Below are positions 1 to 10,254 of a stretch of 64,000 nt of DNA, in pieces. The translations under genes were made by a program, and so were the position numbers. Every line of letters starts with the position of its first letter. Position 1 is the stretch's first letter. The stretch covers positions 311,619-375,618 of the forward strand of contig CAWGRE010000005.1 of NCBI GenBank assembly GCA_963824925.1. The letters run 5' to 3'. This DNA comes from an uncultured Acidobacteriota bacterium (lineage in GTDB: Bacteria; Acidobacteriota; Terriglobia; Acidiferrales; UBA7541). Below the pieces are notes generated by a model that saw only the letters and a list, made by a program, of their open reading frames with translations, was not told the origin of the DNA and made no database searches.

Positions 1-1
1 T

Positions 2-172
2 GCGGAATCACTCGCGGAGCAGCCTCACGACCGGTTGAAGCTCTGCGCGAATCCGGGTTGCGCGTGGATTTTTGTGGATCGTACCAAGGGAAATGTCCGC
101 CGCTGGTGCAACGACGCAACCTGCGGCAACCGCGACCGTGTCCGCCGCTCTCGCGCTGCAAACAAACGGTAG
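2..172 (+). CDS. CGNR zinc-finger (ABATE-family) protein, C-terminal fragment; gene starts before the window
   Basis: Frame 2 reads AESLAEQPHDRLKLCANPGCAWIFVDRTKGNVRRWCNDATCGNRDRVRRSR-stop (tag 170-172), with the C-x4-C...WC-x4-CGNR motif. Confidence 0.85.
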   Translation, partial: AESLAEQPHDRLKLCANPGCAWIFVDRTKGNVRRWCNDATCGNRDRVRRSRAANKR

Positions 173-222
173 CCGAACGAGCCCGCCCAGGGCGGCCGGG
201 TCTCCTCCAAGTTGCTCCGCCG

Positions 223-834
223 TTAATCCCTCTTCGAGCGCACCAGCGATAGGAATTCATCGCGGGTCTGCTTGTTGTGTCGAAAAGAGCCCAGCATGGC
301 GCTGGTCACGGCTTGGCCGTGTTGCTTCTCCACGCCGCGCATCTGCATGCACAAGTGGCGCGCCTCGATGATCACACCCACGCCCTCCGGGCTGATCTTG
401 TCGGAAATCGCATCGGCGATCTGGCTGGTCATACGTTCCTGAATTTGCAGCCGCCGCGCGTACATATTCACCAGCCGCGCGATCTTGCTCAGCCCCAGCA
501 CCCGCTTGCTGGGCAAGTAGGCCACGTGCGCCTTGCCGAAAAACGGCAGCAAGTGATGCTCGCACAGGCTGAAAAACTCGATGTCCTTCACCACCACCAT
601 CTCGTCATAATGCACGCTGAACGTCGCGCCATTCAGCACGCTGTCCAGATTCTGGTTATAGCCGCTCGTGAGAAACTTCAGCGCCTTTTCAAATCGCTCC
701 GGCGTCTTCCGCAAGCCTTCGCGTTCCGGGTCCTCGCCCACCAGCGCGATCATCTTGCGCACCAGGTCGGCGATGTTTTCCTTGGACACGTCTACTTTTG
801 GCTCCGTCAGCAAAATCTCCGTTGGTTTCGTCAC
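223..834 (-). CDS. folE: GTP cyclohydrolase I
   Basis: Motifs [43 protein letters not shown] and [12 protein letters not shown] start at 834 chosen after an AAGGGG RBS; the track's longer N-terminus overlaps the upstream gene. Confidence 0.95.
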   Translation of the reverse strand: MTKPTEILLTEPKVDVSKENIADLVRKMIALVGEDPEREGLRKTPERFEKALKFLTSGYNQNLDSVLNGATFSVHYDEMVVVKDIEFFSLCEHHLLPFFGKAHVAYLPSKRVLGLSKIARLVNMYARRLQIQERMTSQIADAISDKISPEGVGVIIEARHLCMQMRGVEKQHGQAVTSAMLGSFRHNKQTRDEFLSLVRSKRD

Positions 835-869
835 TGTCAGTTCCCCTTTTGCTAGACCGTCACGCAATC

Positions 870-1295
870 CTAAAGTTCTTCCCCCGCGTATTCGAATGCA
901 TTGTTGGAGGTCTCTTCCACCCGCACGCATTCCAGCTTCGCCTTCGGGAAATGTTTCAGGCGCTGAAAAATCTCCTTGCAAAGATTCTCCGTAGTTGGCA
1001 CTTCCCGCCGAAACGCATCAACCTCTTCGTTCAGCAATTTGTGGTCGAAAGGTTCGATCACCTCCCGTTCCACAAAGCCGTCGAGATCAGCAAGATTCGC
1101 GATCATGCCCGTCGCGGGGTCCACCGCGCCGGAGACGCGAACTTCCACGGTGTAGTTGTGCCCGTGTCCGTGCGGGTTGTTGCATTTCCCATAGACCCGC
1201 TGGTTTTCCTCTTCGCTCAGCGCTTCGCTGTGCAGGCGGTGCGACGCTGAAAATCGGTAGCGCCGCCCCAATTCGATTTTCAGTCCATCCGTCAT
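870..1295 (-). CDS. 6-pyruvoyl-tetrahydropterin synthase (PTPS-II-type motif), copy 2
   Basis: FSASHRLH...[13 protein letters not shown] (C-x5-HGH), plus FDHKLLN and PTTENL. Confidence 0.9.
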   Translation of the reverse strand: MTDGLKIELGRRYRFSASHRLHSEALSEEENQRVYGKCNNPHGHGHNYTVEVRVSGAVDPATGMIANLADLDGFVEREVIEPFDHKLLNEEVDAFRREVPTTENLCKEIFQRLKHFPKAKLECVRVEETSNNAFEYAGEEL

Positions 1296-1714
1296 GCGCC
1301 CTGCGCTCCGTTCCGAAAAACTTCCGCGAAAAGGTCCGGTGTCTCGTACAAACGGACTTTATGCAGCCGCCCCTTGTGAATCTGCGGATCCAGCAGATTC
1401 CAGATCACCCGCGCGATGTTTTCGCACGTGGGAATCTGACCCTTCAATTCCGCGACTTCGTAATTCAGGAAGCGGTGATCCATGCGCTGCGTGATTTCCC
1501 GTTCCAGAATTTCTTTCAGCTCTTTCAGGTCCAGCACCATTCCGGTAGCCGGATCCGGCTCGCCCGCCACCGTCACTTCCAGCGTGTAGTTGTGCCCGTG
1601 TCCGTGCGGGTTATTGCACTTTCCAAATACGCGCTTGTTCTCCTCGGCGCTGAACGCCGGGTTGTGGTACAGGTGCGAGGCCGAAAACTCCAATTTTCGT
1701 GTCAAATAAACCAT
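1292..1714 (-). CDS. 6-pyruvoyl-tetrahydropterin synthase (PTPS-II-type motif), copy 1
   Basis: FSASHLYH...[13 protein letters not shown], plus MDHRFLN and PTCENIA. ATG at 1714, 8 nt after the GT2 stop; the 3' end overlaps copy 2 by 4 nt. Confidence 0.9.
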   Translation of the reverse strand: MVYLTRKLEFSASHLYHNPAFSAEENKRVFGKCNNPHGHGHNYTLEVTVAGEPDPATGMVLDLKELKEILEREITQRMDHRFLNYEVAELKGQIPTCENIARVIWNLLDPQIHKGRLHKVRLYETPDLFAEVFRNGAQGA

Positions 1715-1722
1715 TTTTCTGT

Positions 1723-2781
1723 CTACCCTTTGGATGCGCCAGGGGTATCCGCTGGATACGCCCTGCCCTTCCATTCCAGGCGGCCCCGCCGATGGCTAAG
1801 GTAGGAAGCCCAAAGAATCGCTGCGAACAGGATTCGGCCGGGAATGCCAAAGATCAGCAAACCCGGCGAAAAACCATTGCGTTGGAGTTCCATTCCGTAA
1901 GCGGAGAGAAGTCCGGCCAGGCCTGCCACCAAGACCCCGAATGCCCACAACACCGATCCCGATGCCAGCCAAACAATCATCGCTGCAAGGAGCGAGAGCA
2001 GTAACGGCAGCAGAGCTCGTGCCGATTCGGATCTCACCGCCTGCGGCGTCCCGCCCATAAGTGTATATAGGTTTTTCTTCCAGCCTTCCCACATCGCGGG
2101 GAATGTGCGGTACATCCGGACACGCACAATTCCCTTCCCGCTGCCAAACCAGATGCGGTGTCCCGCCTGTTTCACCCGCGTTGCCAGCGCCACGTCCTCC
2201 AGAACATTCGCCGCAACGCTGGCGTGCCCGCCCACCTCATCGTAAACGTCCCGCCGAATCAGAATAAATTGCCCGTTCGCGGCCGCGGCATTTGAATCAG
2301 GATCATTCGCCTCCGCGAATCGAAAGCGGCTCCCCAGCCGAAGATAAATGTAAGGAATCGCGGCCTTTTCGTACCACGTTTCCATCATTTGTTCGGGCGA
2401 AAACGAAACCATCGCGGCATTGTGCGTTCGCGCAATCTCCAAAGCCCTGGCTGCGGAATCGGATTCCTGCACGGCATCCGCATCTGTGAAGAGCAGCCAC
2501 TCTCCGTGTGACTCCCTTGCCCCGATCCACACCGCGTTGTTCTTGCCCACCCATCCAGTGGGCAACGCCCCCGCTTCCAGAAGTCTCACCTTGGAATTCT
2601 CGCCTGCCAGCGCGCGCACAATTTCGATGGTGCGGTCCGATGATTGATCGTCCACCACCAGAACTTCCGAAATTTCCGCCTGCACAGCCAAAGAGCGCAC
2701 GCACCCCGCAATCACCGCCTGTTCGTTCCGCGCGGGGACAATGGCGCTGACAGGCTGGCTATTGGTTGGGTTGTGACGCAT
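1723..2781 (-). CDS. GT2-family glycosyltransferase with C-terminal membrane helices
   Basis: SAIVPARNE, VVDDQSSD, GWVGKNNA, LLFTDAD (DxD), ANGQFILIRR and LEDVALA, followed by a hydrophobic C-terminus. Resembles carotenoid/hopanoid-type GT2s. Confidence 0.85.
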   Translation of the reverse strand: MRHNPTNSQPVSAIVPARNEQAVIAGCVRSLAVQAEISEVLVVDDQSSDRTIEIVRALAGENSKVRLLEAGALPTGWVGKNNAVWIGARESHGEWLLFTDADAVQESDSAARALEIARTHNAAMVSFSPEQMMETWYEKAAIPYIYLRLGSRFRFAEANDPDSNAAAANGQFILIRRDVYDEVGGHASVAANVLEDVALATRVKQAGHRIWFGSGKGIVRVRMYRTFPAMWEGWKKNLYTLMGGTPQAVRSESARALLPLLLSLLAAMIVWLASGSVLWAFGVLVAGLAGLLSAYGMELQRNGFSPGLLIFGIPGRILFAAILWASYLSHRRGRLEWKGRAYPADTPGASKG

Positions 2782-2850
2782 AACCTTGTGGATTTTTCCG
2801 TGTGATTCCAGGCTATTCGTTGAGGGCGCTCTACGTTATTATAACCGTGT

Positions 2851-3381
2851 ATGAACACTTTACTTCGTAAAATCATGGCCTGGGGCAGCATGGGTTTTGC
2901 CTTCGCTGTCCTCGCCTTCTTCACCTTGCCCCACTATCGCCAGGGCGAATCCTCGATCGCCGGAAAAACCGCCGAGAATATTCCGCTGGAGATCAATGGC
3001 AAGGCGGAAAAACTCTCCGACTACCGCGGCAAGGTGGTGGTGCTGAATTTCTGGGCCACCTGGTGCCCTCCCTGCGTGGAAGAGACGCCCTCCCTGATTG
3101 AATTGAACAAGCGCCTCGCCAGCCGAAATGGCGTTGTCCTCGGGGTCAGCGTGGACGACGACGCGGCGGCTTATCAGAAATTCATTACAGACCACGGCAT
3201 CAATTTCCCCACTTCGCGCGACGCCTCAAAGAAGTACGCGCAAGACTACGGCACGGTGATGTATCCGGAAACCTACATCATTGACCGCCACGGAAAAATC
3301 GCGCGCAAAGTCATCGGCCCGCAGGACTGGAACTCCGCGGAAATGGTCTCTTATTTCGACGCGCTTCTCGGCCAGAACTAA
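2851..3381 (+). CDS. TlpA/ResA-family thiol-disulfide oxidoreductase
   Basis: N-terminal membrane anchor, then GKVVVLNFWATWCPPCVEE (WCxxC) and YPETYIID. Confidence 0.9.
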   Translation: MNTLLRKIMAWGSMGFAFAVLAFFTLPHYRQGESSIAGKTAENIPLEINGKAEKLSDYRGKVVVLNFWATWCPPCVEETPSLIELNKRLASRNGVVLGVSVDDDAAAYQKFITDHGINFPTSRDASKKYAQDYGTVMYPETYIIDRHGKIARKVIGPQDWNSAEMVSYFDALLGQN

Positions 3382-3411
3382 GCGCCTCTTCCATATTTTT
3401 GTTTCTGGATT

Positions 3412-3984
3412 TTAACGGCTCTCTGCCAGCCACGCCGAGGAAGGTTGCAGCTTAACGCCCGCCTGTTTGAGTTCCTGCAAAACCTTGGGCACATCTTTCT
3501 CTTGCACCGCGCGAATCAAATCTTCGAGCACCGTGGTTTTGAAATTTGCCTGGAGCGCATCCAGCGCCGTGGCCCGCACGCAGTAGTCCGTGGCAATCCC
3601 GGCGACCCCCACATGCGAAATGCCCTTTTCCCGCAACTGTTGCTCCAGTGACGTTTCGTCGAACCCGGAATAACCCGCTCCCTGCACTCCTACGCCTTTA
3701 TGAACCACCACATCTCTGGCTTCGACCTTCAGCGGCGGCATCAGCTCCGCGCCTGCCTTTTCCGCAACACAGTGCACCGGCCAAGGCCCTCCATTCGACT
3801 GAAAGGAGCTGTGCGTTTCTGGATGCCAGTCCTGCGTATAAACAATCAATGTTCCCTGGCCCCGGGCCTCGTCAATAAACTTTTTCAAAGGAGACAGCAG
3901 TGACACCGTGTTCGCGGCCGCCAGCGCCCCGCCCTCGCAGAAATCCCGTTGCACATCCACCACCACCAGCGCCGACTTCGTCAT
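3412..3984 (-). CDS. pncA: Nicotinamidase/pyrazinamidase (isochorismatase family)
   Basis: VVDVQRDFCEGGAL, QDWHP, WPVHCV and GIATDYCVRATALDA. Confidence 0.85.
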   Translation of the reverse strand: MTKSALVVVDVQRDFCEGGALAAANTVSLLSPLKKFIDEARGQGTLIVYTQDWHPETHSSFQSNGGPWPVHCVAEKAGAELMPPLKVEARDVVVHKGVGVQGAGYSGFDETSLEQQLREKGISHVGVAGIATDYCVRATALDALQANFKTTVLEDLIRAVQEKDVPKVLQELKQAGVKLQPSSAWLAESR

Positions 3985-4071
3985 CCCATTCCCTTCCCTG
4001 TCAAGCAGGATCACTTTCAAAACCCAGCGCGCTCATTCATTCCGATTACTGATTACTGGTAACTGCTTTTC

Positions 4072-5713
4072 TTATGCCTCGTGATAATCCATCAAAATCA
4101 GCCCGACCAAAATAAAGCACACCGGCCACACCCACCCCAGGTACTTCCGCATGCTGTTCTCCGCCGGCAACCGCAACTCCAGCCAGCGCGACCAGCCGGC
4201 CACGATGCCGACAATCGCCAGCGGCGTGTGGCTCAGCTCGATCAGCATCTCTTCTTTCACGTTGGTGATCGCGTGCATGTGCGTCAACAGCACGATCCCG
4301 CCGATGGCGCAAACGCCCGGAAACACCAGCGCGGCCGCGTGCGACTTCACGCGATTCGTCTCCACCAAGTATTGAAAAACCGCGAACGCAATGATCAGCA
4401 GCACCGCCGCACGATGCTGCAGCACGTCCGCCTCTCCAAAGCTTTCCCAGAATCCATTCGGCCCCAGCGGCCAGTTTTCCGGGTCTGCCCGCAAAAACAA
4501 AAAGACCGCAAGCCCCAGGAACATCAACGGCCAGATTTTTGCCCAGGCAAAATATTTATTGCGCGAAAGCAGCGCCAGCACTCCCATCGCTAACACGATC
4601 AGGCCCGCCCAGTTGTGGTTGTACTCCGACCAGGCGATATCCCCCGGCAAATCCGGGTGATAGTAGGACTGTCCGGGCAAAAACGCCGCGGGTAGTCTGT
4701 TCCCTGCTGCGATCAATTTTTGGCGCGTCGCTTTTCCTGACGGCGAAATATCCTCCAGCGGCGGACTGGTGAACCGCGGCATCCGCGGCGCATAACGCAC
4801 GGCTATTTCATGCAGCGTCACGCGGTCTTCCGTCAAATCCGCCCCCGGCGGCTGCGAGGTCAGCGAGGCTGCCGTCAAGATCACCGCCAACCCGAATCCC
4901 ATTTCCACTTCGCCGAAGCGGATCAAGCTGACCGTGCCCGATGTCTGAAGCGGTGCCGGCGTCTTTCACAATGTAGTAATTAGCCGCCCCCACGAGCACC
5001 AGGCAGCAAAAGAACACCACCTTCGTTCCAACCATGATTCCGTACGCCGTGCCATAGAACGCGCTCCACGAACCCACGTAAACCAGGCTCATGCCAAACC
5101 CCGCAAGAAACAGCACCACCACGCTGATCTGCGCCATCCGCGAAAATCGCTGGCTGATTCTCAGCCGGATCCCCGGCTCCGTCACGCGTTTCATTGCCAG
5201 CAAAAGATAAGGCAGCCCACCGATCCAGCTCGCTGTCGTCAGGTAATGCAGCGACGTCAGTGTGACCAACATCGCTCGCCCTTCCATCCGCGAAGCCGAG
5301 TGGCTGGTGATCACCGTTGCGGCCAACAACAATCCCGCCGGCAACAAAACGAGCGGACTGACACTTTCCCGCATGGCCCTCGGCCAAAAGGCAATCGCCA
5401 GCGAGGCTGCGATTGCCACCGTCCCCGCGATGGCATAGTTCGCACCCAAAGCATCACTCCAACTCAGATCAGCGGTGCCCATCAGAATCAGCGAGTTGGT
5501 GATAACAAAGAAAAGATGCGATATGCCGAGTCCCACCGCACTCCAACGAATCAGCTTCCACGCCGGCCGCTTCAGCTCCGCCGGCCGCAAAGCTTCATTC
5601 GGCGTCGCAACGATCAGGAAGATCAAGCCACCGGCCACCAGCGTCTGAAAACACAAAATCGCGGCGCGCAGTAAAACAACCAGGAAGCCAAAGATTCCGA
5701 GGAGTTGAGCCAT
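4072..5713 (-). CDS. copD: CopD-family copper resistance membrane protein with C-terminal extension; one frameshift near 4945-4955
   Basis: ORF 4808-5713 (SHSAS, HYLTTASWIGGLP, YGTAYG) and ORF 4072-4926 (RFGEVEMGFGLAVILTAASLTSQPP) join into one protein by a single-base shift. Lies directly downstream of copC. Confidence 0.75.
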
Positions 5714-5722
5714 GCAGAGGTC

Positions 5723-6106
5723 TCAGCCAGCCTTTACCGTGAACGGAACTTCGCCACGCGTGATGTGACCGTCCGGCGCAAGCACTTGCCAGCGAATCGT
5801 GTACGCTCCCGGCACAAGTCCTTTGACGTTGCATCCCAACGTATCCGGCGAGGATTCCTTATCGAGAGTAAGGTCCGTCACGCTGTTGTCCGGATGCAGC
5901 AACTGGACTTTCGAACGGGCCGCATCCACCCGCACATTGAATTTCAGAACTATGGGGACATCGGGGCCGCTCACCGTCGAATTAGCCGCCGGCGAACTGG
6001 TCTTCAAAATCGCGTGACCTTCGGCAATCCGGCCGCAAAACATTAGCAATGCCAGTGCAACAATTCCGGCGCATCCTTGAACAAACTTATGCCTGCCACT
6101 CTTCAT
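5723..6106 (-). CDS. copC: CopC periplasmic copper-binding protein
   Basis: Signal peptide, mature N-terminus HAILKTSSPA, and C-terminal YTIRWQVLAPDGHITRG. Confidence 0.9.
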   Translation of the reverse strand: MKSGRHKFVQGCAGIVALALLMFCGRIAEGHAILKTSSPAANSTVSGPDVPIVLKFNVRVDAARSKVQLLHPDNSVTDLTLDKESSPDTLGCNVKGLVPGAYTIRWQVLAPDGHITRGEVPFTVKAG

Positions 6107-6321
6107 CGTCCTTCTCCCAGGAAAAAATTCCTACCGCGCGCAATTTTCTCCATAACCACTATAGCAGCGGGAGAGATTCACCCCAACAAAATCTAACTTT
6201 TATGCGGTATTTTCTCTGCGGGAACTGCTTTGCGACCGCCAGGACGGCCTGCTCGGATCGCAGCTTTAAGTTCTATTTTGTTGGCTGTTGGCAGTTGACT
6301 ATCGCCTAACGACTGCTTTCT

Positions 6322-7578
6322 TCATTCATACCGCAGCGCTTCAACGGGATCCAGTTTCGCCGCCTGCATCGCGGGCATCCAGCCGCTGATCACGCCCACC
6401 ACAATCAAGATAAAACTCGAAAGCATCATCGTGGTCATCGAAAGCGTCAGATGAATATCCACCTTGCCGGACTCGTCCTCGTACGCCGGGCCCAGGAACG
6501 GCAACGTCCCAATCGCGGAAGTCAGCGCCGCCGAAATCAACATTCCGATCGCGCCCGCCGCCAGCGTCAGCACCAGCGCCTCCAGCAGAAATTGCCAGCG
6601 GATGTGCCACTTTCTGGCGCCCAATGCGCGGCGCAATCCGATCTCGCGCACGCGTTCTTCCACGGACACCAGCATGATGTTCATCACGCCCACGCCGCCG
6701 ATAGCCAGCGTCATACTGCCAATAATAAAAAGTAGCCCCTCAATGCCCAGCGTGATTCCGTCGTAGACCGGCTTGAACTCCTGCCGCCCAAACATGGTGA
6801 TGGCGCGCTTGTCCTGCCCCGAAAAATGCTGCCGCCCACCCACTGCGTCGCGAAACTGCTGCATGGCTTGCGCCTCAAACTGCGGCGCGATCGGTTCGAA
6901 AATCATTACGCTGGCATAACGCGCGTCCCAGATATCCGCCGCCGCGGGATACGGTATAAATGCGGATTCGTCGTCGCAATTAAAGTAACAGCTGTCGCTG
7001 AATTTCATGTCCATCGTGCCAATCACTGTGAACCTCACGCCATCGATGCGCACGGTCTCACCAACGGCAGGCGTTCCGCTAAACAACTTTTTCTTCAGCC
7101 GCGCCCCCAGGATCACCACCCGGCGCCTTTCCGCGATGTCATCCGCCGAAATCCACCTTCCTTCGGAAGGAACCTCGTTGCGCATCTCGCCATATTCTGG
7201 GTAGACACCTCGAATGGCGCTGTCCGAAAGCCGTTCGTCATGCGAAATTCCCAGAAATTTCACGGTCTCCAGCGTAACGCGCTTCACCAATGGCGATTGC
7301 GCCTTCACCAGATCCGCGTCTTCCTGCTCAAACCGCACCTGCTTGCCGGCACGCTCGCCGCCTGCCTGCTCGCTTGTAGTCCCCGGCCAGCAAATCACCG
7401 CCCCTTTGCCAAATACTTCAAACGTGTAAAGCAACACGCTGCGGAATCCCGATCCATAGCTCAAAAGCAGCGTCACCGCCACGATGCCCCAGGAAATCCC
7501 GGTCATCGTCAACATACTCCGCACGCGATTCCGCCCCAACGCCGCCCAAGCCTCTTTGAAGACCTCAATGATCATCAT
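6322..7578 (-). CDS. MacB/FtsX-family ABC transporter permease
   Basis: RSMLTMTGISWGI, GVGVMNIMLVSVEERVREIGLRRALGA and PAMQAAKLDPVEALRYE. Confidence 0.9.
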   Translation of the reverse strand: MMIIEVFKEAWAALGRNRVRSMLTMTGISWGIVAVTLLLSYGSGFRSVLLYTFEVFGKGAVICWPGTTSEQAGGERAGKQVRFEQEDADLVKAQSPLVKRVTLETVKFLGISHDERLSDSAIRGVYPEYGEMRNEVPSEGRWISADDIAERRRVVILGARLKKKLFSGTPAVGETVRIDGVRFTVIGTMDMKFSDSCYFNCDDESAFIPYPAAADIWDARYASVMIFEPIAPQFEAQAMQQFRDAVGGRQHFSGQDKRAITMFGRQEFKPVYDGITLGIEGLLFIIGSMTLAIGGVGVMNIMLVSVEERVREIGLRRALGARKWHIRWQFLLEALVLTLAAGAIGMLISAALTSAIGTLPFLGPAYEDESGKVDIHLTLSMTTMMLSSFILIVVGVISGWMPAMQAAKLDPVEALRYE

Positions 7579-8831
7579 CCGCCTGCCTCGAACCGCAGTG
7601 CTTCAATCGGATCTACTGACGCGGCGCGATTCGCTGGATAGAGGGCTGAAAGAACGGCTATCAAACCCAATAGACCAATCGTGAGCGCCGCAAGCTGCCA
7701 GCTCGCATCCAGCCCGTCAAAAAACGGCATCTTCGGAAGCAGATTCACCAGCCCGCAAAGACCGTAGGAAATGATCAACCCCGTTCCGCCGCTCAGCACC
7801 ACCACGATGATCGTCTCCAGAAAGAATTGCCGCAGGATCGATTCGCGTGTCGCGCCCAGAGCCTTGCGCACGCCTATCTCTCGCGTGCGTTCCCGCACGC
7901 TAACAAGCATCACGTTCATCACACCCAGGCCGCCCAGAAAAATCGTCGCCACGCCCACCGCGCCCATGAAGATTTCCATGCCCACGAAAATCATCCGGTT
8001 GGCCTGGGCGTTTTTCACCGTGTCCCAGATGCTCGCGGCTTCCTCGTCCCGCGGATCGAAGTTGTGCAGCCTGCCAAGCGTGCGCCGCACCTGCTTCACG
8101 CAATCCTTATGCGTATCCAATGACCACGGCGCCACCAGTATCCGGTCAATCGTTTCCGGCTCCGCCGGCGGCTTGTTGGGAAAATCACGCATCATGGTGT
8201 TGAAAGGAAGAAAAATCTTGCGAATATCCACGCCGTCGTAGGACGAATTCTGGTCTTTCGTCTTCATCACCCCGATCACCGTGTACGGAACTCCGTTCAG
8301 CTCGACGGTCTGCCCGACAGCCTCTCGCTCCGCAAACAACTGCTTCTTCGTGTCGCTGCCCAGAAACGCCACGCGCCTGCCCAGGTCGTTATCCTCGTAG
8401 TTGTAGAAGCGCCCGTCGTCCACGGCCACGCTGCGAATTTCCGTGAACGGCGGCAGTGACCCAACGGTATCAATGTCTCCGCTATTGAACGCGCTGTGCA
8501 CCTTCACGTTGTTGCCGATTTCGGGAATCACGTACTTGCAGGAGGGAGACTCCTTGGCCACTTCCTTGTAATCATCCGCCGTCCAATGAATCACGCGGCC
8601 CGAACGCGTGCCACCCGCCTGCATGCTGGTGCGCCCGGAAAAGACGATCATCACGTCCTTGCCGAAATTCTCCTGCTGCTTCTGGATGCCGCGCCCCAGG
8701 CCTTCCCCCGCGGCCACCATCAACGTGATGGAAATGATCCCCCAGGCAATACCGAACATGGTCAGCAGTGTTCGCCGTTTGTGCGCCCACAGCGTTTCCA
8801 GCGTGTCGCGTAATAGATCGCGAAACGTCAT
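7575..8831 (-). CDS. MacB/FtsX-family ABC transporter permease
   Basis: RTLLTMFGIAWGI, GLGVMNVMLVSVRERTREIGVRKALGA and PANRAASVDPIEALRFE. Confidence 0.9.
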   Translation of the reverse strand: MTFRDLLRDTLETLWAHKRRTLLTMFGIAWGIISITLMVAAGEGLGRGIQKQQENFGKDVMIVFSGRTSMQAGGTRSGRVIHWTADDYKEVAKESPSCKYVIPEIGNNVKVHSAFNSGDIDTVGSLPPFTEIRSVAVDDGRFYNYEDNDLGRRVAFLGSDTKKQLFAEREAVGQTVELNGVPYTVIGVMKTKDQNSSYDGVDIRKIFLPFNTMMRDFPNKPPAEPETIDRILVAPWSLDTHKDCVKQVRRTLGRLHNFDPRDEEAASIWDTVKNAQANRMIFVGMEIFMGAVGVATIFLGGLGVMNVMLVSVRERTREIGVRKALGATRESILRQFFLETIIVVVLSGGTGLIISYGLCGLVNLLPKMPFFDGLDASWQLAALTIGLLGLIAVLSALYPANRAASVDPIEALRFEAGG

Positions 8832-8841
8832 CTTCGCCCCT

Positions 8842-10074
8842 CTATTGCAGGATCACTTGCTGTTTTTCGTTCAGTCCGGCCGTGATTTCTGTCTTCACGC
8901 CGTTAGAAATCCCCAGCTGCACAGGTATTTTCTTTTTACCCTTGTCCGCCTTCGCATCCGGAATCTCCACGGACGCCTTGCGGTCCTTGTCGTAGATCAG
9001 CGATGCCTCGGGCACCATCAGCACGTTTTTCTTTTCTTCCAGCACAATTTCCGCGTTGGCGGTCATATTGGCTTTCAACTCGCCGGAGAAATTGGAGATG
9101 GAAACACGCACCTCAAACGTGGTGACGTTGTCCTTTTCCTTGCCCAGCGGCGAAATCTTCGTCACCTTCCCGGTGAATTTCTTGTCCTTGAAAGACTCCA
9201 CCACAATGCGCGCCGCCTGCCCCAGATACACCTTGCCGATGTCGGCTTCATCCACCTTGCCTTGCACGTAAACTTCGCTGATGTCCCCCAGCGTCATGAT
9301 CAGCGTGGCTTGCGAACCCAGGACCAGGATGGAGCTGACCGCGTCGCCCACATTGACGTCACGCGACAACACCAGCCCATCGATCGGGCTGACGATCGTG
9401 GCGTTGCGCAAGTCCTCTTCCGCATTCTCCAGCGCCGCTTTGGCTTGCGCTTCCTGCGCCACCGCCTTGGCAATTTCCGCGCGGGAAACTTCCAGAGTTC
9501 TCATTGCGCTCACCTGTTTGTTCAAAGCCAGCTGGTAATTTTTCTCGGCGTCTTCCACCAGACTTTTGGACATCACACCGTCCTTGTACATCTCTTGCGC
9601 ACGTTCCATGTTCAGCTTCAGGAACGGCACGTCCGGTCCTTCCGCATCCACTTTGTTCCGCTCCAGCGTCGCTTCCGCGGAAGTCTTCGCTGCCTGCGCT
9701 GCCTGGTAATTCGCCTGCGCCGCGCGCAAACTGGCTTCCAGTTGCACCTTGTCGAGCTCCGCCAGCAATTGGCCGGTCTTCACCTGATCGCCGTAGTCCA
9801 CATAAAGCTTTTTCACAATGCCGCTGGCTTTGGATTTCACTTCCACTTTGGAGAGAGGCTGAATCTTTCCCGTGGCCACCACCACCTTCGCCAGGTCGCC
9901 ACGCTCGGCAGCCACCAGTTTCGAAGGATCAATCTCATGACTGGGTCGCAGCGCTGCAAAAACGCCATACCCACCGCCAACCACGAGCAACGCCACTATG
10001 CTCGCAATAATAATTCTCCGGCGGCGCTTCTTCGCCGCCTTTCCGTTTGTTAAGCCATTGGCACTACTGGACAT
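8842..10074 (-). CDS. Efflux periplasmic adaptor subunit (MacA/HlyD family)
   Basis: Basic N-terminus plus TM helix, ATGKIQPLSKVEVKSKASG lipoyl half-motif, a coiled coil, and IVSPIDGLV. Confidence 0.9.
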   Translation of the reverse strand: MSSSANGLTNGKAAKKRRRRIIIASIVALLVVGGGYGVFAALRPSHEIDPSKLVAAERGDLAKVVVATGKIQPLSKVEVKSKASGIVKKLYVDYGDQVKTGQLLAELDKVQLEASLRAAQANYQAAQAAKTSAEATLERNKVDAEGPDVPFLKLNMERAQEMYKDGVMSKSLVEDAEKNYQLALNKQVSAMRTLEVSRAEIAKAVAQEAQAKAALENAEEDLRNATIVSPIDGLVLSRDVNVGDAVSSILVLGSQATLIMTLGDISEVYVQGKVDEADIGKVYLGQAARIVVESFKDKKFTGKVTKISPLGKEKDNVTTFEVRVSISNFSGELKANMTANAEIVLEEKKNVLMVPEASLIYDKDRKASVEIPDAKADKGKKKIPVQLGISNGVKTEITAGLNEKQQVILQ

Positions 10075-10191
10075 AACCGACCCCCATGCAGGAATACCAT
10101 CGCGCTTCTGTAGAGGAATACGCAGTTCCCCGCAGAATGTTCCCGCTTTCAGTTAGATAGACGAAGGAGGCCAGCCCGAGGTAGGTCAACA

Positions 10192-10214
10192 GTAGCGGCA
10201 GACTTTAGTCTGCC
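10192..10214 (+). repeat. GTAG-tagged REP-like palindrome
   Basis: GTAGC-GGCAGAC-TTTA-GTCTGCC, intergenic. Confidence 0.6.
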
Positions 10215-10254
10215 CAGCATTCCGAAATCCGCCAGTCGGAGCAGCAAGAGGTCC

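Noticed and set aside
835-981. N-terminal extension of FolE given by the ORF track
   Set aside because: It overlaps the PTPS gene on the same strand and is low-complexity; a GTG with an RBS at 834 fits better.
870-1714. Annotating the PTPS genes as queD (queuosine pathway)
   Set aside because: Both have C-x5-HGH rather than the QueD C-x3-HGH spacing, and no queC, queE or queF is nearby.
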